From a virus (taxonomy: Duplodnaviria; Caudoviricetes), in the IMG/VR virus record IMGVR_UViG_3300017747_005419, positions 1 to 50,086 of that record: a stretch of DNA of 50,086 nucleotides; one strand, given 5' to 3'. The notes beneath the pieces are model-generated. The model searched no databases. It was given only the letters and a program-made list of their open reading frames with translations, and had not been told where the DNA came from. The translations under genes were made by a program, and so were the position numbers. How positions within the stretch are numbered: position 1 is the first letter of the stretch; each line of letters opens with the position of its first letter. Positions 9,863-20,003 of this stretch are shown here, piece after piece.

Positions 9863-12800
9863 GCATGCTCGAGAACTTCTCGGTGCCGGATCTGGCCACC
9901 GTCGACCTGGCGCGGCCGAACCTCACCCTCGACACCGGCGGCATCGAGGCGAAGCTGCAGTCGATCAACAACTCGACGCAGCTGTGGGCACTGCCGGCGC
10001 TGCCCGACGTCGTCAAGCTCGACCTCGCCAGCTACGGCGGGTTCGGTGCGTCACCGATCAACGAGTTCATCACCGGCCTCGCATCGGACATCGCTGCGCA
10101 GACCACCACCACGATCGCACCGCCGTCGGTCGACACGACGGCGTTCACCAACGCCACCAACACGCAGGTCGCGCAAGCGGTGTCGTCGCCGCTGCCGCAG
10201 GCGCCGCCGAACGTGCTGTTCGCACCCGAGGACGACTTCTCGTCCACGTTCCAGACCGCCTTCACGAAGCTCGCCGGCATCAGCGGGCCGAAGCGCCTCG
10301 CCACCGACAGCGTCGTGTCGATGAAGGCCGAAGCGATCAAGCGCGGCCTCATCCCCGCCGACACCCCACTCGACGGCTCGTGGGGTCGCCAGTGGAACGG
10401 CGTGCGCAGCGAGCTCATGAACGAGCAGTTCCGCGAGGTGCTCGCCGGTGACCGTCCCCTCGGCATGCCGATCTCGGGCGACGACGGCGTCATGGGTCTG
10501 CTCAACAAGTGGGCGTCACCGACGGGCCTCATCGGCTTGGCCACGCAGCTCGACTTCATCCCCGACTTCAAGCAGGTGGCGAGCGAGACGGAGCAATGGG
10601 GCAACAAGTGGCGCCGCTGGTGGCAGAACAAGACGTCGCCGCGCGACTTCATCGATGCGGTCACCGGACCCATCGACGACGTCGCCTTCCCGATCATCAA
10701 CACCGCCCTGCTCTTCACCGGCGTCAGCGGCGTCGTCACCTACGGCCGCGCTGTCGGCATGGGCTCGCGGTTGAACGCCGCCGCACAGGCGGGGCGCGGC
10801 ATCTCGATGTTCGCTGGCGTCACCGGTCTGCCTACCACCGGGGCACGCATCCTCGGCACCGGTGCGCGTGCGTTCGACGTCGCCGCTGAGGTGAAGCGCA
10901 TGCAGCAGGCGTCGCTCATCGCCACCCGCCTGCAGAAGGCCGGCGGCATCGCCGGCCAGCTCGGCGCCGGCCTCGAGAAGTGGCGCCAGCTGAGCTCGAC
11001 GGTGCTCATGAAGAAGGCGGTGCAGTCGGGCATGAAGGTCGGCTTCGCCGGCCGCGTCGAAGAGTTCCTGCTGCCCGATCGTCAGCTCGGCATCGGGCTC
11101 ACCGGTGAAACCGGTGGGACCACCGAGCAGCGCGCGGCGACGTTCGACGACTGGTGGAACCGCAAGATCGACAACCCGTGGTCGATGGCTGCGTACAGCG
11201 TCGCCGAGGTGGCGTTGTCGCCGACCAACATCTTCAAGCAAGGCTCGATCGTGGGCCCGCTGAAGTCGGGCACCAACCGCATGCTCGACGCCGTCGTGGG
11301 CACCACCAACGACCGCTACAACGCCGTCAGCTTCGTCACCGCTGCCGCCGAGCAGATCCGTGCCACCAACCCGAAGCGCGCCGACGAGATCCTCAGCAGC
11401 GTGCGCGCCGGCAAGGGCAAGCAGGCGCTCATCGACATCTACGGCGGTGGCGACGAGTGGCGCGCCGGCAAGGTCGTCAACTGGCTGCAGTACAACGCCG
11501 CACTCAACAGCTACGCCCGCAAGGAAGCGGCGCTCGCCATCGGCGAGGTGCACGGGCCCGCCTACGAGCGGGCGTTTCGTGCGTTCCGCATGTCGGCACT
11601 CAACCAGGCGCGCGGCGCCGACTTCGATCTCGACACCGAGTTCGGGCGCGACGCCTACCGTGCGCTCGCCTCGAAGATCGCCGCCGTCGACGAGGCACCC
11701 ACCGCCGCTGCAGCGCGACGTAAGAAGATTTGGGACGACCTCGCTGAGATCCACGAGGAGACGCCCGAAGGGCTCGCGCTGCGCGCTCGCGCCAAGACCG
11801 ACCTCGAGCAGCACGCCAAGGTCCGCCAGGGCACGTTCAAGGATCTGATGGAAGGGCTCGAGCCAGAGGATCTGGCGCGCGAGATCGGCGACGCCTGGCC
11901 GACGATCGACAACTGGGACGCCTTCGAATCGAGCATGCGTCAGCTCGAGGATGCGACCGCCTTCGCACCCGACGGCGCCGTGCTGCGCTCGGTGCAGGAC
12001 ATCCGCACCGGTGAGTTCGCTCACCCGCTGCTGATGGACGACCTCGGCGACATGATCAACAACCCGAAGTTCACCGGCCGGCCGCTCGAGTGGTTCGATC
12101 GCACCAAGGCCCAGATGCAGGAGGGCCGCGGTCGGCTGACGGTGGCGCGCAAGGATGCGGTCACGGCCGGCGCCATCGAGGCGTACATCGATCAGATCAA
12201 CTGGCTGAAGGCGCGCCAGGTGGCGATCGGCATGAACGACGTCGGCGTGACCGGCCTGCCGCTCAACACCGAGCGGTGGGGCCAAGGCCTCGGCGACTAC
12301 GCCAACTCGGTCGGCAAGGCCGTTGCCGATCTCGATGCGAACGACATCAAGGCGTGGATCAAGGACACGCCGTCGATCGGTGGGTTGCGCAGCGTGGCCA
12401 CGCAGTGGGCCGAGACGGTGACGTGGACGGCGCGCAACGGCGTCGACCACATGGACGCTCACGGCTTCCTCACCCGCAAGCTCGACGAGCTCCAGAACAA
12501 CGACACGTTCTGGAGCCGCGCCGGTGTCGAGAAGTGGAACGGGCCGCAGCAGTACACGCTCGACGAGAAGGTCAAGAAGCTGCAGGAGCGCATCGAGTTC
12601 GTGGCCAAGGACGTCGTCGTCGACCCCGAGCTCGCCGCCCGCCTCGACGCCGCCGGCTACAAGCCGGTGTTCGGTTCCGACTTCACGGTGCCCACCGACA
12701 TCATGGACCTCGCCGGGCCGTTGCCCGAGATCAAGCGCCTCGACCTCGCACGCAAGAGCCTCGGCACCTTCGTCGGCCACGATCGTTCGTTTCACACGGT

Positions 12801-15108
12801 GCAGGCGCAGATGCGACGCGACCGCTTCGACCGGCTCATCCCGGCGGTGCTGAAGCGCCAGCTCGACAACGGCGTCGACATCGGGCCTCGTGGCGTCGAC
12901 ATCATCAACGACCCGACCAACGTCGGCGTGCAGTCGCTGTGGAAGGACTTGCAGGCCGAGGCTCGCCGCATCGTCGAAGCGAACAACGAGGCGGCGCGCG
13001 TGCAGTCGCAGGCCGGGTTCCTCACGTCGCTGTTCGGCCGCGCCGGCCTCACCGGCATGCCGTCGTCGCCGTACCGCATGAGCGAGAAGCAGATCCGTGC
13101 CGCTCTCGGCGAAGGACTCAGCGACGCCGGCATCAAGGCCGTCGTGGGGGCCCTCCTGCGGGCCCAGAACACCGGCTGGGAGTATCGGGGCCTCCTCACC
13201 CTCGAGGACGCCATGGTGTCCAACAGCTGGCTCCGTGGGGGCCTCAAGGCGCTGTCGGGTCACACCGCCGAGACGGACTTCGCTGCGTGGGCGCGCACGG
13301 CCGGCGTCGGCCCGAAGGCGATCCGCCCGGTGACGGCCACGCTGGCCCAGCCGCTGCAGGCGTTCCGCGAGATGGACTTCGCCAACAAGCACCGGCTCGC
13401 CTACGCGATCGCCGGCACCGGCATCGCCCTGCAGTCCAACGAGCAGATGGGTGGCGACAACCCCTTCGTCGCTGGCGCCGTGGGCGCAGCCACCGGCGCC
13501 GTCATGGGGCCGCGCATCGTCAACCCGCGCAACGTCATCCGCGCCTACGCCGCCTTCCAGGCCCAGTCGGTCGCGATGGGTGCGGGCGTCGAAGACCAGA
13601 ACCAGCGCATCGGCATCGCCCTCGGGGCCGGCCTCCTCGCCGGCACCGGTGCGAAGCGTGGCGCCTCCAAGGCCATCCACTTCCTCGACAACAAGGGCTG
13701 GGCCGAGTACTCGCGGCTCGGCCGCACGGCGCGCGTCACGCGCGACCGTCTGCGCTTCGCCCTCAACCCGATCTGGGACGCCCAGCGCTACACCGAGGGC
13801 ATCACGCAGGCCGTCATGGCCGACCTCCCACCGGGGGTCACGCTGCCGGTCACCGCACGCCCCATGCAGCGCCTCCTGCGCGACTACCCGGGGCTCACCG
13901 CCGACGATGCGACGCGCCACTGGCGCGAGGCGAGCGGGCACATCTGGGACCACGACACGCTCGACTCCATGCAGGACTGGTTCAGCGACCGCGGCATCAT
14001 GGGCTTCAGCCCCACCGAGTGGCACGCCGCAGCGTTCGGTCAGCTCACGCGCCAAGGCATGGACGAGGTGTCGGCGGTCGCCGCCGTCGAGAAGGCGTTC
14101 CTGTTCGGCATGCGACGCAGCGGACTCGAGAGCTCGGTCAACTTCGTCTTCTTCCCGTTCAGCTTCCAGAAGCACCTCGTCGGCAACATGGCCCGCTTCG
14201 CCGCCCAGGACATGGGCCGCGTCACGCTGATGCACGACTCGATCAAGGTGTGGGACGCGCTCAACGAGCGCTACGACCTCCCCGAGCGGTGGCGCGCACA
14301 CCTGCCGATCCTGTCGCAGGTGCGCAAGTTCAACCCGTTCGCCTACGGCATCACGCCCGGCGAGTTCGGTGGCGTCAACCGTGCCACCTACGAGGCGTTC
14401 AAGCGCCTCGACGGTGTCAACGAGGCGCACGATGCGGTGGCCAACGCCTTCCTCCCCCAGGGCATGCACGTCAACACCGAGTCGGGCTTCGACAACTGGC
14501 AGTCGTACAAGGGCAAGGTGCAGCGGCTCCTGCCGATCTGGCGCGAAGCCGAGGACATGTACCAGGAGGTGCTCGTCGAGCAGCTCCACACGTTCGGCAG
14601 CGAAGAGCACATCTCGAAGCAGACCGAGATCGATCGCGGTTGGGCCGAGCACGGCAAGCTCAACGACAGCATCAACGAGATGCTGCGCTCCAACGGGCTC
14701 GAGTACTCCAAGGTGATGCGCGCCGAACAGGGCTCGGCCCTGTTCGAGGTGAAGCAGCTGATTCAAGACCAGCGCTACGCCCTCGAGACGAAGTACCCGG
14801 CGTGGCGGCGCAGCAAGGAAGAGTCGACGCTGCGCGCCGTCGAACGCAACAGCGAGCTGCGCAAGATCATCAACAGCCCCCAGGACGACGTCGAGGCGAA
14901 CGCCGCCGACTTCGCCTCCCAACTCGACTTCCTGTCGGGCGTGCTCGGCTTCAATGTGGAGACGGAAACAGAGCAGCTCACCGCCGAGCAGTTCGACACG
15001 ATCCGGCGCACCGCCATCAGCAAGGCACGACAGACCCCGGGCTTCCAGACCATCTACCGGGCCTACTACCAACGGCTCTTCGGCCCGATCGAGAAGGAAC
15101 TGCGATGA
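9859..15108 (+). CDS. very large putative internal virion/ejection protein
   Basis: ~1749 aa, helical Ala/Gly-rich, with a FFPFSF motif near the C-terminus; ATGA overlap with upstream gene. Confidence 0.6.
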   Translation: MSMLENFSVPDLATVDLARPNLTLDTGGIEAKLQSINNSTQLWALPALPDVVKLDLASYGGFGASPINEFITGLASDIAAQTTTTIAPPSVDTTAFTNATNTQVAQAVSSPLPQAPPNVLFAPEDDFSSTFQTAFTKLAGISGPKRLATDSVVSMKAEAIKRGLIPADTPLDGSWGRQWNGVRSELMNEQFREVLAGDRPLGMPISGDDGVMGLLNKWASPTGLIGLATQLDFIPDFKQVASETEQWGNKWRRWWQNKTSPRDFIDAVTGPIDDVAFPIINTALLFTGVSGVVTYGRAVGMGSRLNAAAQAGRGISMFAGVTGLPTTGARILGTGARAFDVAAEVKRMQQASLIATRLQKAGGIAGQLGAGLEKWRQLSSTVLMKKAVQSGMKVGFAGRVEEFLLPDRQLGIGLTGETGGTTEQRAATFDDWWNRKIDNPWSMAAYSVAEVALSPTNIFKQGSIVGPLKSGTNRMLDAVVGTTNDRYNAVSFVTAAAEQIRATNPKRADEILSSVRAGKGKQALIDIYGGGDEWRAGKVVNWLQYNAALNSYARKEAALAIGEVHGPAYERAFRAFRMSALNQARGADFDLDTEFGRDAYRALASKIAAVDEAPTAAAARRKKIWDDLAEIHEETPEGLALRARAKTDLEQHAKVRQGTFKDLMEGLEPEDLAREIGDAWPTIDNWDAFESSMRQLEDATAFAPDGAVLRSVQDIRTGEFAHPLLMDDLGDMINNPKFTGRPLEWFDRTKAQMQEGRGRLTVARKDAVTAGAIEAYIDQINWLKARQVAIGMNDVGVTGLPLNTERWGQGLGDYANSVGKAVADLDANDIKAWIKDTPSIGGLRSVATQWAETVTWTARNGVDHMDAHGFLTRKLDELQNNDTFWSRAGVEKWNGPQQYTLDEKVKKLQERIEFVAKDVVVDPELAARLDAAGYKPVFGSDFTVPTDIMDLAGPLPEIKRLDLARKSLGTFVGHDRSFHTVQAQMRRDRFDRLIPAVLKRQLDNGVDIGPRGVDIINDPTNVGVQSLWKDLQAEARRIVEANNEAARVQSQAGFLTSLFGRAGLTGMPSSPYRMSEKQIRAALGEGLSDAGIKAVVGALLRAQNTGWEYRGLLTLEDAMVSNSWLRGGLKALSGHTAETDFAAWARTAGVGPKAIRPVTATLAQPLQAFREMDFANKHRLAYAIAGTGIALQSNEQMGGDNPFVAGAVGAATGAVMGPRIVNPRNVIRAYAAFQAQSVAMGAGVEDQNQRIGIALGAGLLAGTGAKRGASKAIHFLDNKGWAEYSRLGRTARVTRDRLRFALNPIWDAQRYTEGITQAVMADLPPGVTLPVTARPMQRLLRDYPGLTADDATRHWREASGHIWDHDTLDSMQDWFSDRGIMGFSPTEWHAAAFGQLTRQGMDEVSAVAAVEKAFLFGMRRSGLESSVNFVFFPFSFQKHLVGNMARFAAQDMGRVTLMHDSIKVWDALNERYDLPERWRAHLPILSQVRKFNPFAYGITPGEFGGVNRATYEAFKRLDGVNEAHDAVANAFLPQGMHVNTESGFDNWQSYKGKVQRLLPIWREAEDMYQEVLVEQLHTFGSEEHISKQTEIDRGWAEHGKLNDSINEMLRSNGLEYSKVMRAEQGSALFEVKQLIQDQRYALETKYPAWRRSKEESTLRAVERNSELRKIINSPQDDVEANAADFASQLDFLSGVLGFNVETETEQLTAEQFDTIRRTAISKARQTPGFQTIYRAYYQRLFGPIEKELR

Positions 15109-17090
15109 CCAAAGACGAGCTCCTGGCCCGGCTGAAGAAGGGCGGCATCAACGAGGCGCACGCCAAGCAGATCGCCGATGGCATCGACCCCGACACGCTG
15201 ACGCGCCTCGACGACGCTGCCGGCGGGCAGCTCATCGACGAGTACCAGCGTCAGCGCATGGTGTCGCCCAACACCACGGGCCGTGTCGCACCGAAGGTCG
15301 ACGTCAAGAAGGTCATCGCTGCAGCACCAGCGATCGCAGCGCAAGCGCGCGCTGCGTCGACGGTGCGCAACGCCACCACCGCTGCGGGCAAGTCCGACGA
15401 GACGGCCGACCAGGACGCCCAGTCGGCGCGTCTGCTCGTCGAAGCACAGCAGACCCCGGCGAACGCTCGCACGCCCGAGCAGCAGGAGCGCATCAACCGG
15501 TACCTGCAGCAGAACCCCGGCCAGTCGGAGAACTCGATCGCCGATCTCGCAGCAGGCAAGCTCGCTGCGGGCAACGAGGCCGAGCTCAAGGATCGGCTGA
15601 TGCAACAGCTCGGCGTCGACGAGGCCGGGCTCGACGCCATCCAGCGCGCTGCGGCCGCACGCATGGGCAGTGATCTGCCGTACTCGGTGATGTTCAACCT
15701 GGCGCGCGGCGACCAGGAGTTCCTGAAGATCGCCGATGAGACGAAGGCCAAGCGCAACGGCTACGCCGTCGGCTCCTACAACGCCTACACCGACCCGTTC
15801 ACCGGCAAGCAGGTGATGGTGCGCGCCGGCACCGACGAGGCGCTGCGGACGAAGATCCCCGGCTTCGGCGACTACGGCCGTGCGGCGACGCGCACGGTCG
15901 TCGACTCGAGCGAACGCTTCGCCGGCAAGATGGGCTTCGAGAACATCTACGGGCTGTTCGCCTACACGCTCGGTGTCTTCGATGCGAACCAAGAGCCGAC
16001 GATCACCGATTGGTCCGAAACCGACGACGCCGAGGCGGTGTGGAACAGCAACGCCGCGAGCGGTCGCGCTGCCGACCCGGGCTCGGTGCGTCGCAACTTC
16101 GCCCGCAACCAGCTCCAGAAGATGGGCAAGATGCCGCCGCGCTTCCTGCCCGACGGCACGCTCAACCCGGTGTACCAACCGCGCACCGGTGGCCAGATCC
16201 CCACCTCGGCCGACTCGGTGAGCTTCACGTCGATCTATCAGGACATGTGGAACAACCCCGAGAAGTACGTCGACGACGACTTCTGGACCACCAACGACGC
16301 CGCCTACAAACAGGCCCTGTGGGATGCGAAGAACGCCACCGACAGCGATGCGGCGATGATGTCGGACCTCAAGCGCGAGCGCATGTACGAAGAGCTCAAG
16401 CCGAAGCTCGACGCCTACCTCGCCGAGTTCGGCGACGAGAACTCGCTCGCTGCGATCGTGGCCGTGCACAACGCCGATCTCGGTCGCAAGATGGCGCGTG
16501 GGCTCGAGCTCACCGACGAGGATCTCTACAACGCCTCGCTCGTGTTCGGCGGGCTCGACCCCGCCGACGTCGGCATCGTGCGCGACGGCCTCGGCCGCTA
16601 CCAGATGCGCAGCGAAGCCAACAAGGCTGCGAAGGGCCCGACGATCATCCAGCCCGATCGCGAGAAGATCACCCAGGGCATGCAGGAGCTGTACCGCTCG
16701 ATGTTCCACGCCGACCCCAACGGCGACGAGCTCGGTGCGCTCGTCGAACAGATCGCCGGCCAGTACATCAGCTCGCAGTACTCGAAGACCGATTTCGATC
16801 CGCAGGCAGCAGCGACCGCTGCGTTGCGCGGCACCGACATCTACAGCCAGCTCTACGGCAACCGCCCGTCGGGCATGTCGGACGCCGACTACAGCGCCCA
16901 GTTCGAACGCACCGGCCAAGCCATGCTCGGCGGCATGCAGGCACCAGGAGCGGCCATCCAGGCCGGTCTGCGCAACAACGATGCGAACCTCACCGCTGCG
17001 GTGATCAACGCCGACAAGAAGAGCTGGGAGAACAGCTCGTTCCTCGAGCAGTTCTACCGTTCCATGAACATCGCGAATGAGATGACCTGA
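15105..17090 (+). CDS. putative internal virion protein
   Basis: ATG at 15105 (ATGA overlap, AAGGA RBS). MTKDELLARLKKGG..., 661 aa. Confidence 0.6.
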   Translation: MTKDELLARLKKGGINEAHAKQIADGIDPDTLTRLDDAAGGQLIDEYQRQRMVSPNTTGRVAPKVDVKKVIAAAPAIAAQARAASTVRNATTAAGKSDETADQDAQSARLLVEAQQTPANARTPEQQERINRYLQQNPGQSENSIADLAAGKLAAGNEAELKDRLMQQLGVDEAGLDAIQRAAAARMGSDLPYSVMFNLARGDQEFLKIADETKAKRNGYAVGSYNAYTDPFTGKQVMVRAGTDEALRTKIPGFGDYGRAATRTVVDSSERFAGKMGFENIYGLFAYTLGVFDANQEPTITDWSETDDAEAVWNSNAASGRAADPGSVRRNFARNQLQKMGKMPPRFLPDGTLNPVYQPRTGGQIPTSADSVSFTSIYQDMWNNPEKYVDDDFWTTNDAAYKQALWDAKNATDSDAAMMSDLKRERMYEELKPKLDAYLAEFGDENSLAAIVAVHNADLGRKMARGLELTDEDLYNASLVFGGLDPADVGIVRDGLGRYQMRSEANKAAKGPTIIQPDREKITQGMQELYRSMFHADPNGDELGALVEQIAGQYISSQYSKTDFDPQAAATAALRGTDIYSQLYGNRPSGMSDADYSAQFERTGQAMLGGMQAPGAAIQAGLRNNDANLTAAVINADKKSWENSSFLEQFYRSMNIANEMT

Positions 17091-18196
17091 TGCCCCAAGC
17101 ACTGCCCAAAGACGGCACCCTCATCACCGACGACGATGGCCACAAGTGGGTCATCTACAAGCTCGGCAACTGGTACATGACGTTCGACCTGGGCGACCCG
17201 GCGAACTACGGCGACTACGACCTCGCCGGCTTCCAAGAAGAAGGCGCCCGCTACTTCGGCGGCGTCGACATCTTGTCGCTGCAGAACATGATCGGCGGCG
17301 GCAAGACCGAGGTGCTCACCTCGGCGCAGAACGGCTTCGGGTCGATGGCTGCGTTCTGGGAGTCGGCGCTCAAGGTGTTGGGCAACCCCGACGCTCGCAA
17401 CGACGCCGAGATCCAGAAGATCATCGTCACCCGCATGCAGCGCCCGACGATGTCGGAGACGGAGTTCCGTGCGCTCCTGCAGGGCACGAAGTGGTACCAG
17501 CAGCGCACCGAGAAGCAGCGCACCTGGAACGACATGGGCGAGGCCGATCGCAAGCGCGAGGTCGACGACACCAAGGCGAAGCTGCGCGAGTCGTACCTCG
17601 AGACGTTCGGTCGCTACCCCGACGACAGCATGATCGACGGGTGGGCGAACGACGTCGCCTCGGGCCAGCTCGGCTACGGCGCCGTCATCGATGCGATGCG
17701 TCGCCAGGCAGCCGGCGACCCCGAGTCGCCGTGGTCGCGCACGCTGCGCTCCGAGGACGAGAACCGTCGACGTCGCGGCCAGGAGATCACCGACCTCACC
17801 GGCCAGCTGCGCCAGCAGGCCGAGCGGTGGGGCGTGCGTCTCACCGACGAGTCGCTGAAGGCGTGGTCGAACGACATCGTGACGCGCAACAAGTCCGAGG
17901 TGGACTTCGAAGAGCTCATGAAGGATCAGGCGATGGCCCTGTATCCGAACAAGCCGCGCGAGCTCGCCACGGTCGACTACGCCCAGTCGTGGATGTCGTC
18001 GTACTCACGGCTGCTCGAGAAGTCCGACGCCACGGTGTTCAACCCGTTGGTGCAGTCGGCGATGCAGCGAGGTGTCAACCTCGCTGACTTCGAGGTCGAG
18101 CTGCGCAAGCGGCCCGAGTGGATGGAAACCAAGAACGCACAGGACCAACTCGCCGGCAGCGTGTCGCGCATTGGTCAGCAGATGGGGATGGTCTGA
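17090..18196 (+). CDS. putative internal virion protein
   Basis: 368 aa helical ORF with TGATG coupling; contains LQGTKWYQ and ELRKRPEW segments. Confidence 0.6.
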   Translation: MPQALPKDGTLITDDDGHKWVIYKLGNWYMTFDLGDPANYGDYDLAGFQEEGARYFGGVDILSLQNMIGGGKTEVLTSAQNGFGSMAAFWESALKVLGNPDARNDAEIQKIIVTRMQRPTMSETEFRALLQGTKWYQQRTEKQRTWNDMGEADRKREVDDTKAKLRESYLETFGRYPDDSMIDGWANDVASGQLGYGAVIDAMRRQAAGDPESPWSRTLRSEDENRRRRGQEITDLTGQLRQQAERWGVRLTDESLKAWSNDIVTRNKSEVDFEELMKDQAMALYPNKPRELATVDYAQSWMSSYSRLLEKSDATVFNPLVQSAMQRGVNLADFEVELRKRPEWMETKNAQDQLAGSVSRIGQQMGMV

Positions 18197-19266
18197 TGCC
18201 GGTCAACGCACTCGACAAGGTCTACGCAGCGTTCCCGTGGCTGCGCGATCTCGGCATCGGCAACGAGATCGTGGGGTGGGTGCAGGACGGCTACACCGAC
18301 GACGCCCTCATCGGCCTCGTGCGCCAGACCACGCAGTGGTCGACGATGTTCGCCGGCATCAAGCGCCCCGACGGCACGCTGCGTTTCAACGAGGGCCAGT
18401 ACCTCAACGTGAAGGATGCCTACTCGACGTTGATCTTCAACTACACCGGCAAGCGCGTCACGAGCGCAGCGCAGATCCAAGGGCTCATCGAGAACGAGGT
18501 GTCGCCTGACGAGATGGAGAAGCGCCTGCAGGTGTACGACACCATCAAGCGCGACGGTGGCTCGGTGCGCTCGGCGTTCTACGTCTATGCCGGCATGCGG
18601 CTCAGCGACGACGACCTCTACGAGTACGCCGTCGACCCCACGAAGAAGAGCCAGCTCGATGCGCAGTACACGCAGCAGAGCTCGGCCACGAACCTCACCT
18701 ACGACATGTGGATCACGCGCGCCACCGAGGTGGGTCTGCAGAACGTCACCGACCAGCTGCTCGCACTGCGCGACCAAGGCGTGGCCACCGACGAGGCGAT
18801 CCGTCGCGTGCAGTCGATCAACCCGGACGCTGCGCGCCAGATGACCGATCTGCTCTACCACGGTGGTGATCCGTCGGGCGGCAACTTCTTGCCGCTCAAC
18901 GATCTGATGCGTGCGTTCGAGTACGCCCTCATCGGCTCGGCTGCCACCGAGCAGGGCTTCGCTCTGCCCGATGCGCAGCGCATCGAGGCGTTCCGCAAGG
19001 CGGGCATCGATCGCGCCAAGGCGCTCGACGTGTACGGGTCGTTCAGCTCGCAGCTGGGCAAGATCCAGGGCATGACGTCGCGCATCGGCCAGCAGTTCGG
19101 CCAGGCCGAGTGGGAGAACGCCCAGTTCCTCCGCAGCGGCGCCGAGATGGCGGTGCTCGGCCAGGCTGCCGCCCAGGAGGCGGCGTTCGGCAAGGCCAAC
19201 AACAGCGGCGAGTTCGGCTTCGACGCCGCCGGCCGGCTGCGCCAGCGAGGGCTCGCCCTGACGTGA
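18196..19266 (+). CDS. putative internal virion protein
   Basis: ATG at 18196 (TGATG). MPVNALDKVY...FAG...EGQYL...VSPDE; last gene of the coupled block. Confidence 0.6.
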   Translation: MPVNALDKVYAAFPWLRDLGIGNEIVGWVQDGYTDDALIGLVRQTTQWSTMFAGIKRPDGTLRFNEGQYLNVKDAYSTLIFNYTGKRVTSAAQIQGLIENEVSPDEMEKRLQVYDTIKRDGGSVRSAFYVYAGMRLSDDDLYEYAVDPTKKSQLDAQYTQQSSATNLTYDMWITRATEVGLQNVTDQLLALRDQGVATDEAIRRVQSINPDAARQMTDLLYHGGDPSGGNFLPLNDLMRAFEYALIGSAATEQGFALPDAQRIEAFRKAGIDRAKALDVYGSFSSQLGKIQGMTSRIGQQFGQAEWENAQFLRSGAEMAVLGQAAAQEAAFGKANNSGEFGFDAAGRLRQRGLALT

Positions 19267-19267
19267 C

Positions 19268-19359
19268 CTGGTTGCTGGCGCCGTGTTCCACGGCTCCCCT
19301 TGGTCTTGGGGGCTGTTCAGCCTCTACCGCTCTCGTGGGCTCGAGTCCCACCAACCAGC
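19268..19359 (+). ncRNA. atypical tRNA-like structure
   Basis: Perfect 7-bp acceptor-like stem CTGGTTG/CAACCAG abutting a T-arm GTGGG-CTCGAGT-CCCAC. Central stem ACGGCTCCC/GGGGGCTGT with 9-nt loop CTTGGTCTT. D-arm non-canonical; no CCA. Confidence 0.55.
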
Positions 19360-19393
19360 AACTGCCCGCAAGGTACCGCCCGACGTGAGGTGC

Positions 19394-19423
19394 TTGACGA
19401 TGCATGCAGCCTGCATGTATGTT
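19394..19423 (+). promoter_or_regulatory. sigmaA-like promoter for scaffold/capsid genes with palindromic spacer
   Basis: TTGACG-N18-TATGTT. Spacer is the imperfect dyad ATGCATGCAG-C-CTGCATGTAT. Confidence 0.6.
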
Positions 19424-19487
19424 GCGCGTCACCTGCTCGACGGACCCCCGGGTCGAGCGGCGTTGACCTCGGGGAGTGGAGCGCACC

Positions 19488-19961
19488 ATGACTGCCGACA
19501 TTGATCCCAATGCGACAGGGGGCCAGCTCCGCACACAGCTGGAGAACACCCTCTCCGAGAACCGCACGATGCGCGACGAGCTCCTGGGCCTCAAGGCCGA
19601 GAAGATCATCGCCACCAAGGGCTACAGCGGGACGCTGAAACCCGAGGATCTCAAGGGTGTGGCGCTGGACCAGCTCGAGGCCAAGGCCGACGAGCTGCAC
19701 ACAGCCCGGCTCTCCGACCTCACGAACCTCGCCACCGAGCGGTTCACGGCCCAGGGATACCAGGGCCAGGAGCTCGAGCGGATGGTCACCGAGTTCGTGC
19801 AGGGCAAGCCGACGACGCACCCCGACGCCGCAGCGACAAACCGCGCGAGGGCCACGGGCGCAGCGGTGGGAACCCCCCCGCCGATCGTCAACCCCGATGG
19901 CCTCTCGGCGCGTCAGAAGATGCTCGAGGGCCTGAAGGCGCAAGGCAACAAGCGCAAGTAG
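19488..19961 (+). CDS. capsid scaffolding protein (putative)
   Basis: Coiled-coil-rich 157 aa ORF directly upstream of the major capsid gene; GGAG RBS. Confidence 0.65.
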   Translation: MTADIDPNATGGQLRTQLENTLSENRTMRDELLGLKAEKIIATKGYSGTLKPEDLKGVALDQLEAKADELHTARLSDLTNLATERFTAQGYQGQELERMVTEFVQGKPTTHPDAAATNRARATGAAVGTPPPIVNPDGLSARQKMLEGLKAQGNKRK

Positions 19962-20003
19962 CCCGCCCCTCCTCGAGGGGCTCAGCCCCTCCCAGGAGAC
20001 ATC

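Noticed and set aside
10516-15072. Very long antisense or alternative-frame ORFs (e.g. 10516-15072 -, 6617-9370 -, 25062-28238 -, 5' part of 12090-17090 +)
   Set aside because: Shadow ORFs expected from high GC3 bias; Arg/His/Gly-rich, no motifs, and they overlap well-supported genes.
9859-15108. Tape measure protein
   Set aside because: No preceding major tail or frameshifted chaperone genes and no periodic aromatic repeats; a nozzle-like gene suggests a short tail.
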